A stretch of DNA of 64,000 nt from the human T2T-CHM13v2.0 reference genome, Homo sapiens, in assembly GCF_009914755.1 (NCBI RefSeq), contig NC_060926.1, one strand, 5' to 3'. The notes beneath the pieces were generated by a model. The model saw only the letters and a program-made list of their open reading frames with translations, was not told the DNA's origin and made no database searches. Shown here one piece after another: positions 1-29,790 of this stretch (its first letter is position 1; each line of letters starts with the position of its first letter). The position numbers were made by a program, and so were the translations under genes.

Positions 1-2789
<2,789 letters not shown>

Positions 2790-2790
<1 letters not shown>

Positions 2791-5170
2791 GACCATTCCT
2801 GGAAACAGAAACCATACCAGTTATTTTGGCAGGGAGAATTTAATATAAAGAATTGCTAACCAAGTATTGGAGAACTGAAAAGGCAAAAAGGACACACTGA
2901 GGTATCATGAAAGTAGTAGCTCCAGAGAACTACAGACCACTGCTCAGCGAAATAAAAGAGGACACAAACAAATGGAAGAACATTCCATGCTCATAGATAG
3001 GAAGAATCAATATCGTGAAAATGGCCATACTGCCCAAGGTAATTTATAGATTCAATGCCATCCCCATCAAGCTACCAATGATTTTCTTCACAGAATTGGA
3101 AAAAAACTACTTTAAAGTTCATATGGAACAAAAAAAGAGCCCACATTGCCAAAAGAACAAAGCTGGAGGCATCATGCTACCTGACTTCAAACTATACTAC
3201 AAGGCTACAGTAAACAAAACAGCATGGTACTGGTACTAAAACAGAGATATAGACCAATGGAACAGAACAGAGCCCTCAGAAATAATACCACACATCTACA
3301 ACCATCTGATCTTTGACAAACCTGACAAAAACAAGAAATGGGGAAAGGATTCCCTATTTAATAAATTGTGCTGGGAAAACTGGCTAGCCAAATGTAAAAG
3401 CTGAAACTGGATCCCTTCCTTATAACTTATACAAAAATTAATTCAAGATAGATTAAAGACTTAAATGTTAGACCTAAAACCATAAAAACCCTAGAAGAAA
3501 ACCTAGGCCATACCATTCAGGACATAGGCATGGGCAAGGACTTGATGACTAAAACACCAAAAGCAATGGCAACAAAAGCCAAAATAGACAAACAGCATCT
3601 AATTAAACTAAAGAGCTTCTGCACAACAAAAGAAACTACCATCAGAGTGAACAGGCAACCTACAGAATGGGAGAAAATTTTTGCAAGCTACCCATCTGAC
3701 AAAGGGCTAATATCCAGAATCTACAAAGAACTTAAACAAATTTACAAGAAAAAATCAAACAACCCCATCAAAAAGTGGGCAAAGGATATGAACAGACACT
3801 TCTCAAAAGAAGACATTTATGCAGCCAACAGACACATGAAAAAATGCTCATCATCACTGGCCATCAGAGAAATGCAAATCAAAACCACAATGAGATACCA
3901 TCTCACACCAGTTAGAATGGCGATCATTAAAAAGTCAGGAAACAACAGGTGCTGGAGAGGATGTGGAGAAATAGGAACACTTTTACACTGTTGGTGGGAC
4001 TGTAAACTAGTTCAACCATTGTGGAAGACAGTGTGGCGATTCCTCAAGGATCTAGAACTAGAAATACCATTTGACCAAGCCATCCCATTACTGGGTATAC
4101 ACCCAAAGGATTACAAATCATGCTGCTGTAAAGACACATGTACATGTATGTTTATTGCGGCACTATTCACAATAGCAAAGACTTGGAACCAACTCAAATG
4201 TCCATCAATGATAGACTGCATAAAGAAAATGTGGCACATATACACCATGGAATACTATGCAGCCATAAAAAAGGATGAGTTCGTGTCCTTTGTAGGGACA
4301 TGGATGAAGCTGGAAACCATCATTCTGAGCAAACTATCGCAAGGACAGAAAACCAAACACCGCATGTTCTCACTTATAGGTGGGAATGAACAATAAGAAC
4401 ACTTGGACACAGGGTAGGGAACATCATGCACCGGGGCCTGTTGTGGGGTGGCGGGAGCGGGGAGGGATAGCATTAGGAGATATACCTAATGTAAATGACG
4501 AGTTAATGGGTGCAGCACACCAACATGGCACATGTATACTTACGTAACAAACCTGCATGTTGTGCACATGTACCCTAGAACTTAAAGTATAATAATAAAA
4601 GAAAAAAAAAAAAGAAAGTAATAGCTCCAGAAAGCAGCAACCACCTAGGAATGGGATAATTAAAGGAAGAGTATTAGTACTGGGATGTGCAAATTTGAAG
4701 AAGAGTTCTATAGAGCTGGCACCAAGATGTCTGAGAAAGAAGGATTGCTGTTCTGGTGCTGGTGCCTCAAGACCTCAGAGAAGGAACCACGAGGGGCTGA
4801 GACTCAGATTTCTGAAGACGATGCATCCATCACCTGGGACTTGCTGGTGTCACTTCATGGGCACAATGAAGCTGATTCTGAGAATATGGGGGAAAATGAA
4901 ACTGAAAACCAACCACTGCCACTGGAACCAACTGTGAGAAAATGCTGTCGTGATGACGCTGACAGGAAAAAGGAGCAAACAGGAAGGAGCAGATCCCTTC
5001 CCTTCCTTCAGCCTCCCAGCCTCCCACTGGCACCCCTCTGGGCAAAGTCTAATGGAGAGCCAGCTGGCAAAGCAGACATGTGGTGTGCAAGGTCTCAGGC
5101 CCAGCTCCCAGAGCAGAGTATAGACAGGTGCATTGAAAATGAGCAACAGCAGCTAAATAAATGGGAACAC
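2790..5170. mobile_element. Old LTR-like element split by the L1PA; a related piece lies at about 610-950
   Basis: Sequence is continuous across the L1 TSD; ctggtgctggtg and aagctg(g/a)ttctg blocks are shared with 610-950. Family not determined. Confidence 0.45.
2927..4613 (+). mobile_element. 5'-truncated LINE-1 (L1PA4/5-like): ORF2 3' part, 3' UTR and poly(A)
   Basis: ORFs 3015-3239 and 3530-4396 match the L1 ORF2 C-terminus including the CCHC motif [19 protein letters not shown]-rich 3' UTR and A tail. 18-bp TSD gaaagta(g/a)tagctccaga at 2909-2926 and 4614-4631. Confidence 0.97.
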
Positions 5171-5644
5171 AGGAGACCCAATATAGGAAACTTGGGAAAG
5201 CATTTCTGAAATGACAGTGAAGGGAAGCTCCAAGGTAACAGTGCAGTCTCTGTTTACCCATTCTTCTGATTTTGAACCCCAGAAGTTTAAGAACATAGTT
5301 TACAAAGACGAAATATCCTTTGAGCAGCAGGGAAGTGGGAGAAGACAAGTGGGCAAAGGCAAAAGTTTCTTCAGCTGCTGGAGGGATGGAAAAAGAGACA
5401 AATTGTTAACATGTAAGTTGTTTTCATTCTTATGACACATGCAAAGCACTTCTCACAATGCTTGGCATGTAGCAAGTACTCGACAAACATAAAATACTAT
5501 TTATTACTATAAGTAGTAAATAGTAGAAGTTATAGAAAAGTACCTGGTACCAGACAGGCTCCCAGTAAATGAAGATTATTCCTACTGTTCGTATCTGTAT
5601 ATGACAGAGCATAAAACTTTAGAAAAAAGAGCCCACCAAAAGGA

Positions 5645-6470
<826 letters not shown>

Positions 6471-6557
6471 TATATTTAGTAGAATCTTTGGATGTGTCAA
6501 TCTGAAGAACCCCAGATCCATCCACTTTTATCCTTCCTTTAGCCATGAACTTGCATT

Positions 6558-7066
6558 GTGGTAGGCAGAATAATGATCCCAAAAGATGTTCACATCCTAA
6601 TCTCTGGAATCTGTAAGTCATTTTACATAGCAAAAGGGACATTGCAGATGTGATTAAGGATCCTGAGAGGGGGAAGGTATCTTGGATTATCCAGGTGGGC
6701 CCAACTGATTACATGAGTCCTTCAAAATGGAGAGCCCTCCCAGGCTGTGATCAGAGGCACATGTGATAACTAAAGAGCCAGAGATATGGCAGTGTGAGAA
6801 GGACTTAACCTGCCACTGCCAGCTTGGAAGACATAAGAAGGAGCCATGAACCAAGAAATGCAGACAGTCTTCAGGAGCTGAAAGTCAAGGAAATGAAAAT
6901 CGATTGTCCCAAAGAGCTCCAGAGAGGGATGCAGCCCTGATGACAGCTAGACCCTGCCTGATGACACCTGTGTTGGAATTTCAACCTACAGAACTGTACG
7001 ATAATAAACTTGTGTTGTTTGAAGCCACTAAGTATGTCAGAAGTTTAACAATAGAAAACTAATGCA
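6558..7066 (+). mobile_element. MaLR LTR (MLT1D-like)
   Basis: Starts tgtggtaggcagaataatg; ends aataaacttgtgttgtttgaagccactaag...aaactaatgca. Confidence 0.85.
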
Positions 7067-7310
7067 AGCATTGTAGTTCCCTTTGCTCTCTTCCTGGCTA
7101 CACTTGGGGATAAGTCCCTAATCTCAGCACTGAGCACTCAGTGCTCTGATGTCCCTATACCCTGGGAATCAATTTTGGAATTAAGCAAATGGTTACTTTT
7201 TTCCCATGTCCCCAGCAGTGGGAGAGAGTCCCAGCTGAGCAGGCAAACAGGGACTCAAAGGGCTCATCACCAGGCCTTGTGATGACCTCAAAGGGATGAG
7301 CATGCTTTTC

Positions 7311-7599
7311 TTTTTTTGAAATGGAGTCTTGCTCTGTCGCCCAGGCCAGAGTGCAGTGGCACAATCTTGGCTCAGCGCAATCTCCACCTGCCGGGTTCAG
7401 GCGATTCTCCTGCCTCAGCCTCCTGAGTAGCTGGAATTACCGGCACCTGCCACCATGCCCGGCTAATTTTTATATTTTTAGTAGAGTTGGAGTTTCACCT
7501 TGTTGGCCAGGCTAGTCTCGAACTCCTGATCTCAAGTGATCTGCCCAACTCGGCCTCCCAAAGTGCTGGGATTACAGGCGTGAGCCACCATGCCCGGCC
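7311..7599 (-). mobile_element. AluS
   Basis: Full Alu; TSD agcatgcttttc at 7299-7310 and 7601-7612. Confidence 0.95.
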
Positions 7600-7719
7600 A
7601 AGCATGCTTTTCAACAACAGTGTCTCCTCAGCTCACCTGAGCTCCATTTCCTTCCTGGGAACATCTGGGCATTGATCCCCCTTGTTCTGCACCACAGTGA
7701 CAAAACATCTACCTTTAAT

Positions 7720-8210
7720 TTATTAAAGTGAGACTCCTCCTTGCTGTGGCCTACAAGGCCTGTAAAGTCTGGTCTGCCTCACCAAGTTTCCTTCTGACCT
7801 CTCCTCACCTCATCGTTATGCTCGAATCTCAGCAACTCCCTCCTGTATATTTTCCGGATGACTCTCATGATTTCCCACTGCAGGGCCTTTGCACCTATCA
7901 TCCCTCTGCCTGGAACAATCTCCCTGTTCTTCATGGGTGGCTGCTTCTCATTCTTTACATCCCAGCTCAAACGTCACCGCCACAGATCCCCTTTTCCCCA
8001 AGATGTTCTCTGTTAGGTCGCTGTTCATTCGCTTCACAGCACTTATTACAATTAGAAGGGAATTCACTTTGTGTTTATTCACTTGCCTTCTGTCCCCCTT
8101 GGAATGTAAGTTCCATGAGATCAGGGGCCCTGTCTGGCTTGTTGGCTGCTCTTTTCTCAATGCCTGGAAGAGTGCCTGGCAGATCACTGACATGCAATAA
8201 ATGCCCGTGA
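7720..8210 (+). mobile_element. LINE-2 3' fragment
   Basis: ccctctgcctggaac...gaatgtaagttccatgag...gtgcctggca...caataaatg L2 3' motifs. Confidence 0.8.
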
Positions 8211-8563
8211 AGGAGAGGAAGCCAGAGAAAATAGCCTGGCTATGTCCCCGGTTCCAGGGTCCCTAACATCATCCAGGCTTTACCCCAGGCCTGTCATATT
8301 CCAGGTCATAATTGAATGCCTCCCTTGGCTTCTGAAACTACTTCTTGGTGTTGTTTCTTGGCTTTGCCCTTGAACTCTTAGTAGAGCAGGCAGAATCTGG
8401 TTCTGCTGACGCTTCGATAATGACCCTGTTGCGTGAGTCTGGACCCAGGAGCATCATTGCTTGTGGACAGGGTCCTGTTCTGACTTTCAGCAGAGTGCTG
8501 AGTAGGCTGCCAGTTTTGGAGTCAGAGAACTGTGTTATGAATCAAGGCTGTGCCACTTATCTT

Positions 8564-8935
8564 GTGTCTTAGTCTTCTCAGGCTGTCATAACAGAATGCC
8601 ACAGACTGGTGGCTTAAACAACAGAAATTCATTTTCTCACAGTTCTGGAAGACAGAAGTCCAAGATCAAGGTGCCATCAGGGTTAGTTTCTAGTGAGGTC
8701 TCTCTTCCTGGCTTGCAGACAGCCACCTTCTCCCTGTGTCCTCACATGGTGTAGAAAGAACGAGCTCTGGTGTCTCTCTCTTCTTACAAGGACACTAGTC
8801 CCATTGGACTAGGACCCCTCCCTAATGCCTTCATTTAACTTTAATGACCTCCCTAAAGGCCCTATCTCCAAATAGTCACAGTGGGAGTTAGAGCCTCAAC
8901 ATACGAATTTTGGGACACAATTCAGTCCATAAAAT
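8564..8935 (-). mobile_element. MaLR LTR (MLT1A-like) inserted in a MIR
   Basis: ggcttaaacaacagaaattcattttctcacagttctgg...caattcagtccataa; MIR-like sequence on both flanks. Confidence 0.85.
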
Positions 8936-9044
8936 CTTGTGACTAATGCCCACTGTGCTTTGGTGGTCTTGCCTGTAAATTAAGGATGGTAACTCACTCC
9001 TCTTCATAGTTACTGAGAGCATAAATAGGGCCAAGAAACTTTAT

Positions 9045-10007
<963 letters not shown>

Positions 10008-10662
10008 GGAGTCAAAATGTGACTTGTTTTGGACTCAGTGTCCAGATTGTAACCCCGGCCCTTGGTGGGCTTTCTGTTCCTCATGAGAGCAGTGAAGTCT
10101 CATAGCTGTCCCCGACCACCTGCCTGGCTGGGCCCAAAAGACATAGGGAAAGGTTTCTAGCTCTAGAACCAGTGATCTCACGTCTGTTTGCCTTCTTGGA
10201 GTTCCTGTGGTTTGTCACACTGCTGTTCATTCAGAAGGCTTTGAGGGATAAGAAACATCTAGGATCGTTTTCTAGCTACAGTTTCTCATTCCCCTGTCTC
10301 TGGTCAACATGGATATCCCATCTGAAAGATGTGGGCCTGTCTGTGTTGGCCTAAGGGCTGGAACTGTAGCCCAGGACTTTCCACACCCTCAGCGGGAGTC
10401 CTGTGCTCAGCCACGAGCAAATCTCTCCTTCCCCTGCTTTAGCCAGGGGACCCTCCTGAGCCCCCATGCTCAACTCCATCATCACCAGCCAGCTCGCCAT
10501 ATCTTGCACAGGGTCCTCTGCCTCAAACAAATGCCCTTTTAATGAGAGACCTAGTGGCTCCTGTGGCCATGCCGTCTCCTCCCCTTCTTCCTTCTCTTGC
10601 TTTCCTCTCTTCCTCACTCACTTTCTCATTCTGCACCAGGCCTTGTTCAAGAATGGAGCCTT

Positions 10663-11523
<861 letters not shown>

Positions 11524-11543
11524 TCAGAAGAAAACCCGCTTTG

Positions 11544-11886
<343 letters not shown>

Positions 11887-12359
11887 CTAGAAGGATAGCC
11901 TGAACAACTTTATGTAATTGATGTGTTTCCCTCCTACTTTGGCCACCTTCTGGCTGAAGGTAGGCACGTGCAGGGGCTGATGAGACCAGGGTGAAGGGAA
12001 GGAGGTCCTCGCCTCCCTCCTCTCTTGAGTGACACCTGATGGACTTCTCCTTGCAGATGGGGTGGGGCCGCCTTCTGGAGGACTAGGCCAGGTTCAAAGA
12101 ATACAATATTTCCGATGACCACCTTAGAGTGCCTTTCAGGTGGAGTTTCCCAACTATTGATTTGTGCGCAGTACTAACCTGATAATGTCAAGCAAGGCTA
12201 AGCTATGAAATAATTTTACAGAACAGGCTAGAAAAGGTAAACAGATACGAATGCTGCTCTGCCACCCATCGCTGGAAAGCCGACTTTCCTGGGCTTCAGT
12301 TTCCTCACCTGTCAGGTGAAGCACTGGGAAGCAAGAAAAAGGACAAGCCAGACTCAGGC

Positions 12360-13260
12360 TGGCAGGACAAAGGGCCCCGCCGCATGCGCTGGACGCCCCG
12401 TTCCCGACCTGAAATCCCTTCAGGAAACTGTCATCGAACTATTTCTTTCCCGAAAGCTTTGCTTCCAGTGGGTCTGGGGAGGAGGAGGGGTGGGAACTGC
12501 AGGTGGAGAGGGAGTGGGGGAGGGAAGTTCATAAACAGGCTGGCGCCACCCCTCCCCTCCCCCGGTGGCCGCCCCACTTGGAGGTCTGGGTGGGGTGCTC
12601 CTCCCGAGGGCACAGGCTGCCAAACTCCCACCCACTGCCGCCGGCGAAGCCCCCAGGAGACCACAGAGCAGAAGGAATTCAAAGGAGCCTTCTCAGGTAC
12701 AGGTGTGTGCATTCCAGGCCTGCCAGCCGCCTCCCCCGCCGCCTTCCCGGGCCGTTTGTCCGAAGGCATTATGCAAAATAAAGCCGCCTTGTTTCCCGCG
12801 CCTGGTAACCCCGGGCTTCCCGGAGGCTTTCTTGGTGAGAGGGAGGATCCCAGAGCGGCGACCCGGCTGAATCACCGCGAGCCGCGAGCCTTCTTCCTGC
12901 CACTTGTTCTGGCCCACCTGAGAATTCGCAGTGGGGAGCAGAGGAAGATCAGACCCAGCTTCTACCTCAGCAAGTGTGGCCCCATAACGCCTGGGCAGCC
13001 TCTAGCCAGGAGACCGCGCCTCAAACACCTAGCACTGCGCGGGAGGAGATGGACCTGCGCCACGGCGGCGCCGGCTGGGGGATTGGAATTCAGGCCGCGA
13101 ACCAACTTGCAGGAAGAGGAGTTCCATGTTGGACCTCTAGGTGGCGCGATTCTTCCCGGGGACGCGTGGGTGAAACCCTGGCTGGGCCTGCGGCTGTGGC
13201 ATAGTGAGGCGTGGGAAGGGTACAGGGCACAGAGTGGCGCCACTTTTCCAAGTTAATCAA
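12360..13260. promoter_or_regulatory. CpG island (orphan promoter or enhancer-like)
   Basis: About 900 bp of non-repeat GC-rich sequence with dense CpGs, in an otherwise CpG-depleted window; GC boxes and G-runs. Confidence 0.8.
13131..13149 (+). promoter_or_regulatory. CTCF binding motif
   Basis: ggaCCTCTAGGTGGCGCga fits the CTCF core CCWSYAGRKGGCGC at every position. Confidence 0.7.
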
Positions 13261-13549
13261 GTCCCACAAGAGCTAAAAGGCAGCCCAGAGACGATAGGTC
13301 CCCGAACTGGATTTCAGCATCTGGAGAGGCATAACAGTGGGGCAGAAAAGCCAGGGTCCTAGATCTGGTTCCAGCATGTCCCCTACTGGTGGGCTCCCTT
13401 GTCTACTCATTGATTTCCTAGTGCACCCCCGCCCTCTCTCTTCTCTGTCGGTACCAAACTGCTGAACAGGGAACACCTGGATGAATAAGAGAGCATCACT
13501 CCTCCCTCTTCCACAGAGAACACCTCCAGCTTGACTCATGGCCTAGAGA

Positions 13550-13830
13550 AGAAACGTGTGTTGTTTTGAGTTTTCTTGGGGAAAGCAGTTTTATAAGCAG
13601 ATAATTACAATGCAGTATGATACGGTTATAATAAAAGGCATGTACCAAGTTTTCTGGAAGTTCAAGGAGAGGGAAATTAACTCTTCCTGGGACGTTAAAC
13701 GAGGTTTCACAGAGGAACTGGGTCCTGATGAAGAGTAGGCGTTTGAACGACAGGAATGATAGAAATTCAGACAATAACTTCAGAATCAAAGACCTTGAAG
13801 CAAGAAAGTGCAGACAATAATTGAAGAATG
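13550..13830 (-). mobile_element. LINE-2 fragment
   Basis: cagataattacaatgcagtatgat...gaggtttcacagaggaactg L2 motifs. Confidence 0.65.
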
Positions 13831-14008
13831 GTATTACTATTTTCAGAAGATGTGAAGATCTACACTGAGAACACAAAAAGAATCATCTGAAAAAGTATTA
13901 GAGCTAATTAGACCTGATTACAAAATAACCGGAAAAAAATCGTTTGAATTTTTTTTTTATTCTAGAAGTAAGCAATGAGCAAAAAGGTTTTCCTTTTGGT
14001 AACAATAG

Positions 14009-14595
<587 letters not shown>

Positions 14596-15134
14596 AAACT
14601 TCAGCACTTTCTGAAGGACACTTACAACTCTAAATGGAAAGACACAAATATACATAAAACTTTAGTGTGTAATAAGGGGAGGCACTTTCAAATCAACATG
14701 CTATGCATCTATTCCCTAAAAAGAATAGAGAGAGAACTGGATAATCATTTGGAATAATTATAAAATAAGATCCCATCACACTCCAAAATCGGTTCCAAAA
14801 AGATTCTAGTATTTCTCACCCCTTGCTTGTGACTTTAAATCTTCTTGCCAGAGTTCTCATGAGCCAGGCCTTGCGTCTGTAGGTAAAGGCCTCATAAATG
14901 ACGGAAACCCATGGACACTGACTCTGGCAAACCCAGACTCTGCCTGAGTTCATGAGTAAGGAAAATGAGGAGAAAGTATTTGCCTTCTTTGAGGAGTCAG
15001 GCTGTTATATCCTGACACAGAAGCCTAGAATACCAGAGGTTAAAACCAGCAGATGACATTCTGCCAGATTGCTGAGGAGAGAACTTTGTACCACAGAGAT
15101 CATAGTACTGTATTTCACATATATTGTCTTTCTC

Positions 15135-16521
<1,387 letters not shown>

Positions 16522-17449
16522 TCTCTAAAAAAAGAGAAATACAGTTCATGCATTATTTGAGTGAGTTCTTTTAAAGTCTACTAACCACCAAGTAAATGAT
16601 ATTTAATGGAGTCATTCTACTTGTATTTTTAATAAAGTGATGCTGGTAACATAAGTGTGCAAGGCTATTGGCAGGCATATGAGAGGGCTGAGCCCCCCTC
16701 TCCCCAGCCCCAACCTGTACCCTGGCTTTCCCTCAGAAGACCAAAAGGCAAGTTGGCTGCCTTCCCAGGCAGCTGCCCCCCAAGGGAAAGCCACCCAAGC
16801 TTCCTGCGTTAGTTTGGGGATGCAGTTACCTGCTGAGGAAAATGCCTCCCAAACAGCACAAGAAAAGGAAGGTGGGACATTGAGTAAAGGAGTCTGAGGG
16901 TGTGGTATTTGCCACCCAGACCAGCCATTTGCTTTAAGTCTTAATAAATGTACAGGGTAATCTCATCTATTAAGCATGGACCCAAGCTTGTGGGCAGTTT
17001 AGGTTTTCCATCCACAGTGTCCTAAATGATACAATGAGAATAACCTCTTGCTGTTGAAGAGAGTGGGGAAGGTCCTCTGTACATCCTGGAACCTTTATAA
17101 AGATAAGAGAGGCTGCCTACGGAAATCACACCAAAGATTTCAACTGCAGTGGGAATCTCATTGCTCCAACCCAGCCTAATAGGCTGGATGGAGCAGGTCT
17201 TTCTGGGTTGGTTCATACTGAGCCTTCTTCCTTTGTGCCTCCCCTTCCTACCACAAAGGCTTCATATGATTGCCACCTCTGTTTAAAATACTCTTCCCAG
17301 TTTTCAAAACACTGTGTCTCCCCTGCTCCTTACCCAGCCCCCTCTTATACGCATCCTTCGAGTCTCAGGTTTAACATCATTTTATGGAGGAATTCTCCAT
17401 GTGACACCCCATTATTTCTGCTCAAAATTCTAGATAAGGGATCGTTAAA

Positions 17450-22080
<4,631 letters not shown>

Positions 22081-22445
22081 GTCTACATCAGTCTGTTCAG
22101 GCTGCTATAACATAGTACCATTGATTGTGTAGCTTATAAACAACAGAAATTTATTTCTCACAGTTCTGAAACTGGAAGTCTAAGATCAGGGTGCCAGCAT
22201 GGTCAGGTTCCGATGAGGACCCTCTTCTGAGTTGCTGATGGCCAACTTCTAGTTGTGCTCTTACATGGCAGAGAGGGATGAGAGCTCGCTGGGATTTCCT
22301 TTTATGAGGGCATTAATCCTATTCATGAGGGCTTCAAGCTCATGACCTAATCACCTCTCAAGGGCTCCAACTCTGAATATCATCAATTTGAGGGTTAGGA
22401 TTCCAACATATGAATTTGGGAGAACACAAACATTCCATTCTTAAT
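22081..22445 (-). mobile_element. MaLR LTR (MLT1A0/MSTD-like)
   Basis: tcagtctgttcaggctgctataac...aaacaacagaaatttatttctcacagttctg...acacaaacattc. Confidence 0.85.
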
Positions 22446-22964
22446 AATGCCCTTACTATCCCAGCGCTAAAATAGTATACTGATTTTTTGAAATAACAAG
22501 AAGGGTAGGGGTGTACCCAACCCCCTGCAGAAGCAAAGCCAACTCCAATCTGAAAAACGTTCCCAAAGCAGGCCTATAGCACTGTCATAAATGAAAATCA
22601 GGAATAAACTAAAAAACAAAGAACTCACAACATGTAAGAAAGAAAGCCGCTGTGAGGCAGTTTATAGAAACAAGACAATAGATTTAGATCCCCAACTATA
22701 AAGAGGTGGAAATGTCAGGTAGAGAATACAAAAAGGCTGTGTGTGAGATGGTTAAAGAAATAAAAGATGCAATCACAAAGATGAGCATAACATAGGAAAA
22801 CATCAGAAATAAAGAGGTAAACTTAAAAAAAAAAGATGGAAATGGTAGACAGGAAAATTCCAATAATTGAAATTACAAACTCAGAGACTAATGCACAGCA
22901 AGTTAGATAGTATTCTTTTCCTAACTTTTAGTAGGATGCTTATTACATTAATTTTCATTTTTCT

Positions 22965-24054
<1,090 letters not shown>

Positions 24055-24171
24055 CTAGTTCATAAAGCTTTCTAATGTCCCTCAAGAGATGTTATATTCT
24101 CCAATCATTTCTATACGTGCCCATCAGATCAACCTTGTCAATAGGTTTTGTTCTAATTTTCTGTATTCTTA

Positions 24172-26290
<2,119 letters not shown>

Positions 26291-26312
26291 TCTGCCCACC
26301 CCCCTCGCCCCC

Positions 26313-27634
26313 ACACACTCTGACAGTGTTTTATTTTAAACTCTGATCCCTGCCCTGTGATTACAAACAGAATACTGCTGGTTATCTCCCACAGCCCCTG
26401 CTGTGGGAAAAACTGGTATCCGACATTCTCTGAAACATACTGCCTTTCATCTAGACTCAGAAGCTAGATACACAATTTAAAAAAGAAGAGGATCCAAGGC
26501 CGTGTTATACCTGCCACCTGCCTGGGGCCAGCCATCAGCCATGGTTGTTGACGGTGAGACTGCTGAAAAGACCCGAGCAGGACGGGAGAGAACAAAGGTA
26601 TTTCTTTCTATAGCATGATGGAGATGGAAGACTTTAAAGCTTCCAGAAGCCTCATCACCCAGGCTTCACCCCAGAAGTTATTCTTGCCATCAGGCTAGCT
26701 GAGGCTTCTGGGCCTCTCCTTGTGCCTCTTCATATTCTTCCCCTGGTTTCAGCTGAGGGCCAGGGATCATAACCATCTTAAGGATGGTGCTTAGCGGGTG
26801 CCCATGGGGGAACGATCTTGCCATGCATTCTCCAGCTTCCATAGGGGTTTGTCAGGTGCTTTTCAAATACAACATACTCCAGGACATTCTTGGGTACATC
26901 TTCCTGTCCATACATCAACCGGCCAAACCAGTCACAGATGGCCAGAGTCTGCTGGGTGTGCATGCCTACGGTGACTAGCCGTATATGTTGCCCTGGTTCA
27001 TCAGACTTGAACAGCGAACTTGAACCACATGGTGGGGCTCTAAAGATTCCAGGAAGCTCCAGCGGATGGTCTTATATTTGATGTCTCAGATCATGTCTGG
27101 AAAACAGTGCTCAGTTACCAAGGTATGCAGTCAGTCATGTGTGAGTTGTTTAGACAAAGGTGAACTTCAGTAAATATATCCTTAGCTTTTTCAGGAAAGT
27201 CCTTTGTTTCAAAATTGTCGTCATCCTCTTTTATCTTCTGGATTGAAAATTGTGATGCCACATTCTTCTTCATTTGTTCAGTTCTCTGTTTCAGTCCTTC
27301 CTTTGAAAGAGATGGCATGTGAGCATCACCCTCAGGAGGAACATAGGCATCAAAGATACCAGCTGTACAGGACAGATGTATGGGATGATCCAGACGTTCT
27401 GGAGGAATAACCAGTCCTGCTTTCCAGGCGTGTTTCATAAACTCCTTTTCTGTTTTGTATTTAGGTTGATAAATAGGAGGTGTGAAACGTTTTTTAGTTC
27501 TTACTGGAACTATAGCTGCAGACTGACTCACCAGAACTGGCTGCGGAGATCACCAGCCCAAAACCCTTGATAAAAGAGACAACCCCTGAGATATGGGGGC
27601 TGCCATTTTGTTCACGCAAATGCTGCTGGGAAGG
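26313..27634 (-). pseudogene. MRPL45P1: Processed pseudogene of mitochondrial ribosomal protein L45 (MRPL45), possibly human MRPL45P1
   Basis: Intronless. ATG at 27606 gives [48 protein letters not shown] and the CDS ends [13 protein letters not shown] (stop 26690-26692), matching MRPL45. Premature stop at codon 19 (27550-27552), two further in-frame stops, three frameshifts. 3' UTR has AATAAA (26330-26335). The P1 suffix is from memory. Confidence 0.95.
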
Positions 27635-27986
<352 letters not shown>

Positions 27987-28001
27987 TAAAAAGGAATGAA
28001 G

Positions 28002-28660
<659 letters not shown>

Positions 28661-28770
28661 AAACTTACTTGATGCTACACATTAGTTGGGATTGAAAAAG
28701 AGAGATAAATAAATACTTGAGAATAAAGACAAACCATGGAGACTGTAACGACTAAAGAAATTGAATGACG

Positions 28771-29092
28771 GGCCGGGCGCGGTGGCTCAAGCCTGTAATT
28801 CCAGCACTTTGGAAGACCCAGGTGGGCAGATCACGAGGTCAGGAGATGGAGACCATCCTGGCTAACACGGTGAAACCCCGTCTCTACTAAAAATACAAAA
28901 AAATTAGCCAGCCGTGGTGGCATGCGACTGTAGTCCCAGCTACTCTGGAGGCTGAGGCAGGAGAATGGCGTGAACCCGGGAGGCGGAGCTTGCGTGAGCC
29001 AGATTGCGCCACTGCACTCCAGCCTGGGCAACAGAGCCAGACTCCGTCTCAAAAAAAAAAAAAAAAGAAAGAAAAAGAAAAAAAGAAAGAAA
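28771..29092 (+). mobile_element. AluY
   Basis: accatcctggctaacacggtg and gagaatggcgtgaacc diagnostics; TSD aaagaaattgaatgac. Confidence 0.95.
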
Positions 29093-29491
29093 GAAATTGA
29101 ATGACTATTTGAGAATCTTTCCACAAAGAATACACTAAACCCAAGTGGATTTACAAGTGAATTCTTCCAAATGTTCCAATACCCAAATGTGTAGTTGAGT
29201 GGAAATGTCAGAAAAAGTTTTAATGGCTGGAGAGCAGAGTGTGGGATGGGGTGGTGCTTGGTGAAAGGTGGGCTGGAGAAAATGGGCAAAAACCAGTCAT
29301 GGTAAGAGTCTATCACGGGGTTTGAACTATCTTAAGGGGCCTTAGGAAGATTTTGATGGGTCTGAGCAGGAGAGTGAAATACTACCTTTGAACCTCTGCC
29401 TTATGTGGTGGGTTTGACTGTAAATAATGCTCTCAATAACCATTATGAGTATAACTTTTAAATTTTTAAAATTTATTTTTAAAATATCCTT

Positions 29492-29790
<299 letters not shown>

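Noticed and set aside
3530-4396. 288-aa ORF as a host gene
   Set aside because: It is the L1 ORF2 C-terminus of a 5'-truncated element with upstream stops and frameshifts and no promoter.
4685-5209. 174-aa ORF
   Set aside because: Lies in LTR-like sequence and shows no recognisable protein similarity.
7126-7145. 9-bp inverted repeat agcactgag / ctcagtgct
   Set aside because: Too short to distinguish from chance and has no supporting context.
12384-13256. 290-aa ORF in the CpG island
   Set aside because: Pro/Gly/Arg/Ala-rich with no recognisable domain; overlapping ORFs on both strands are expected from stop-codon scarcity in GC-rich DNA.
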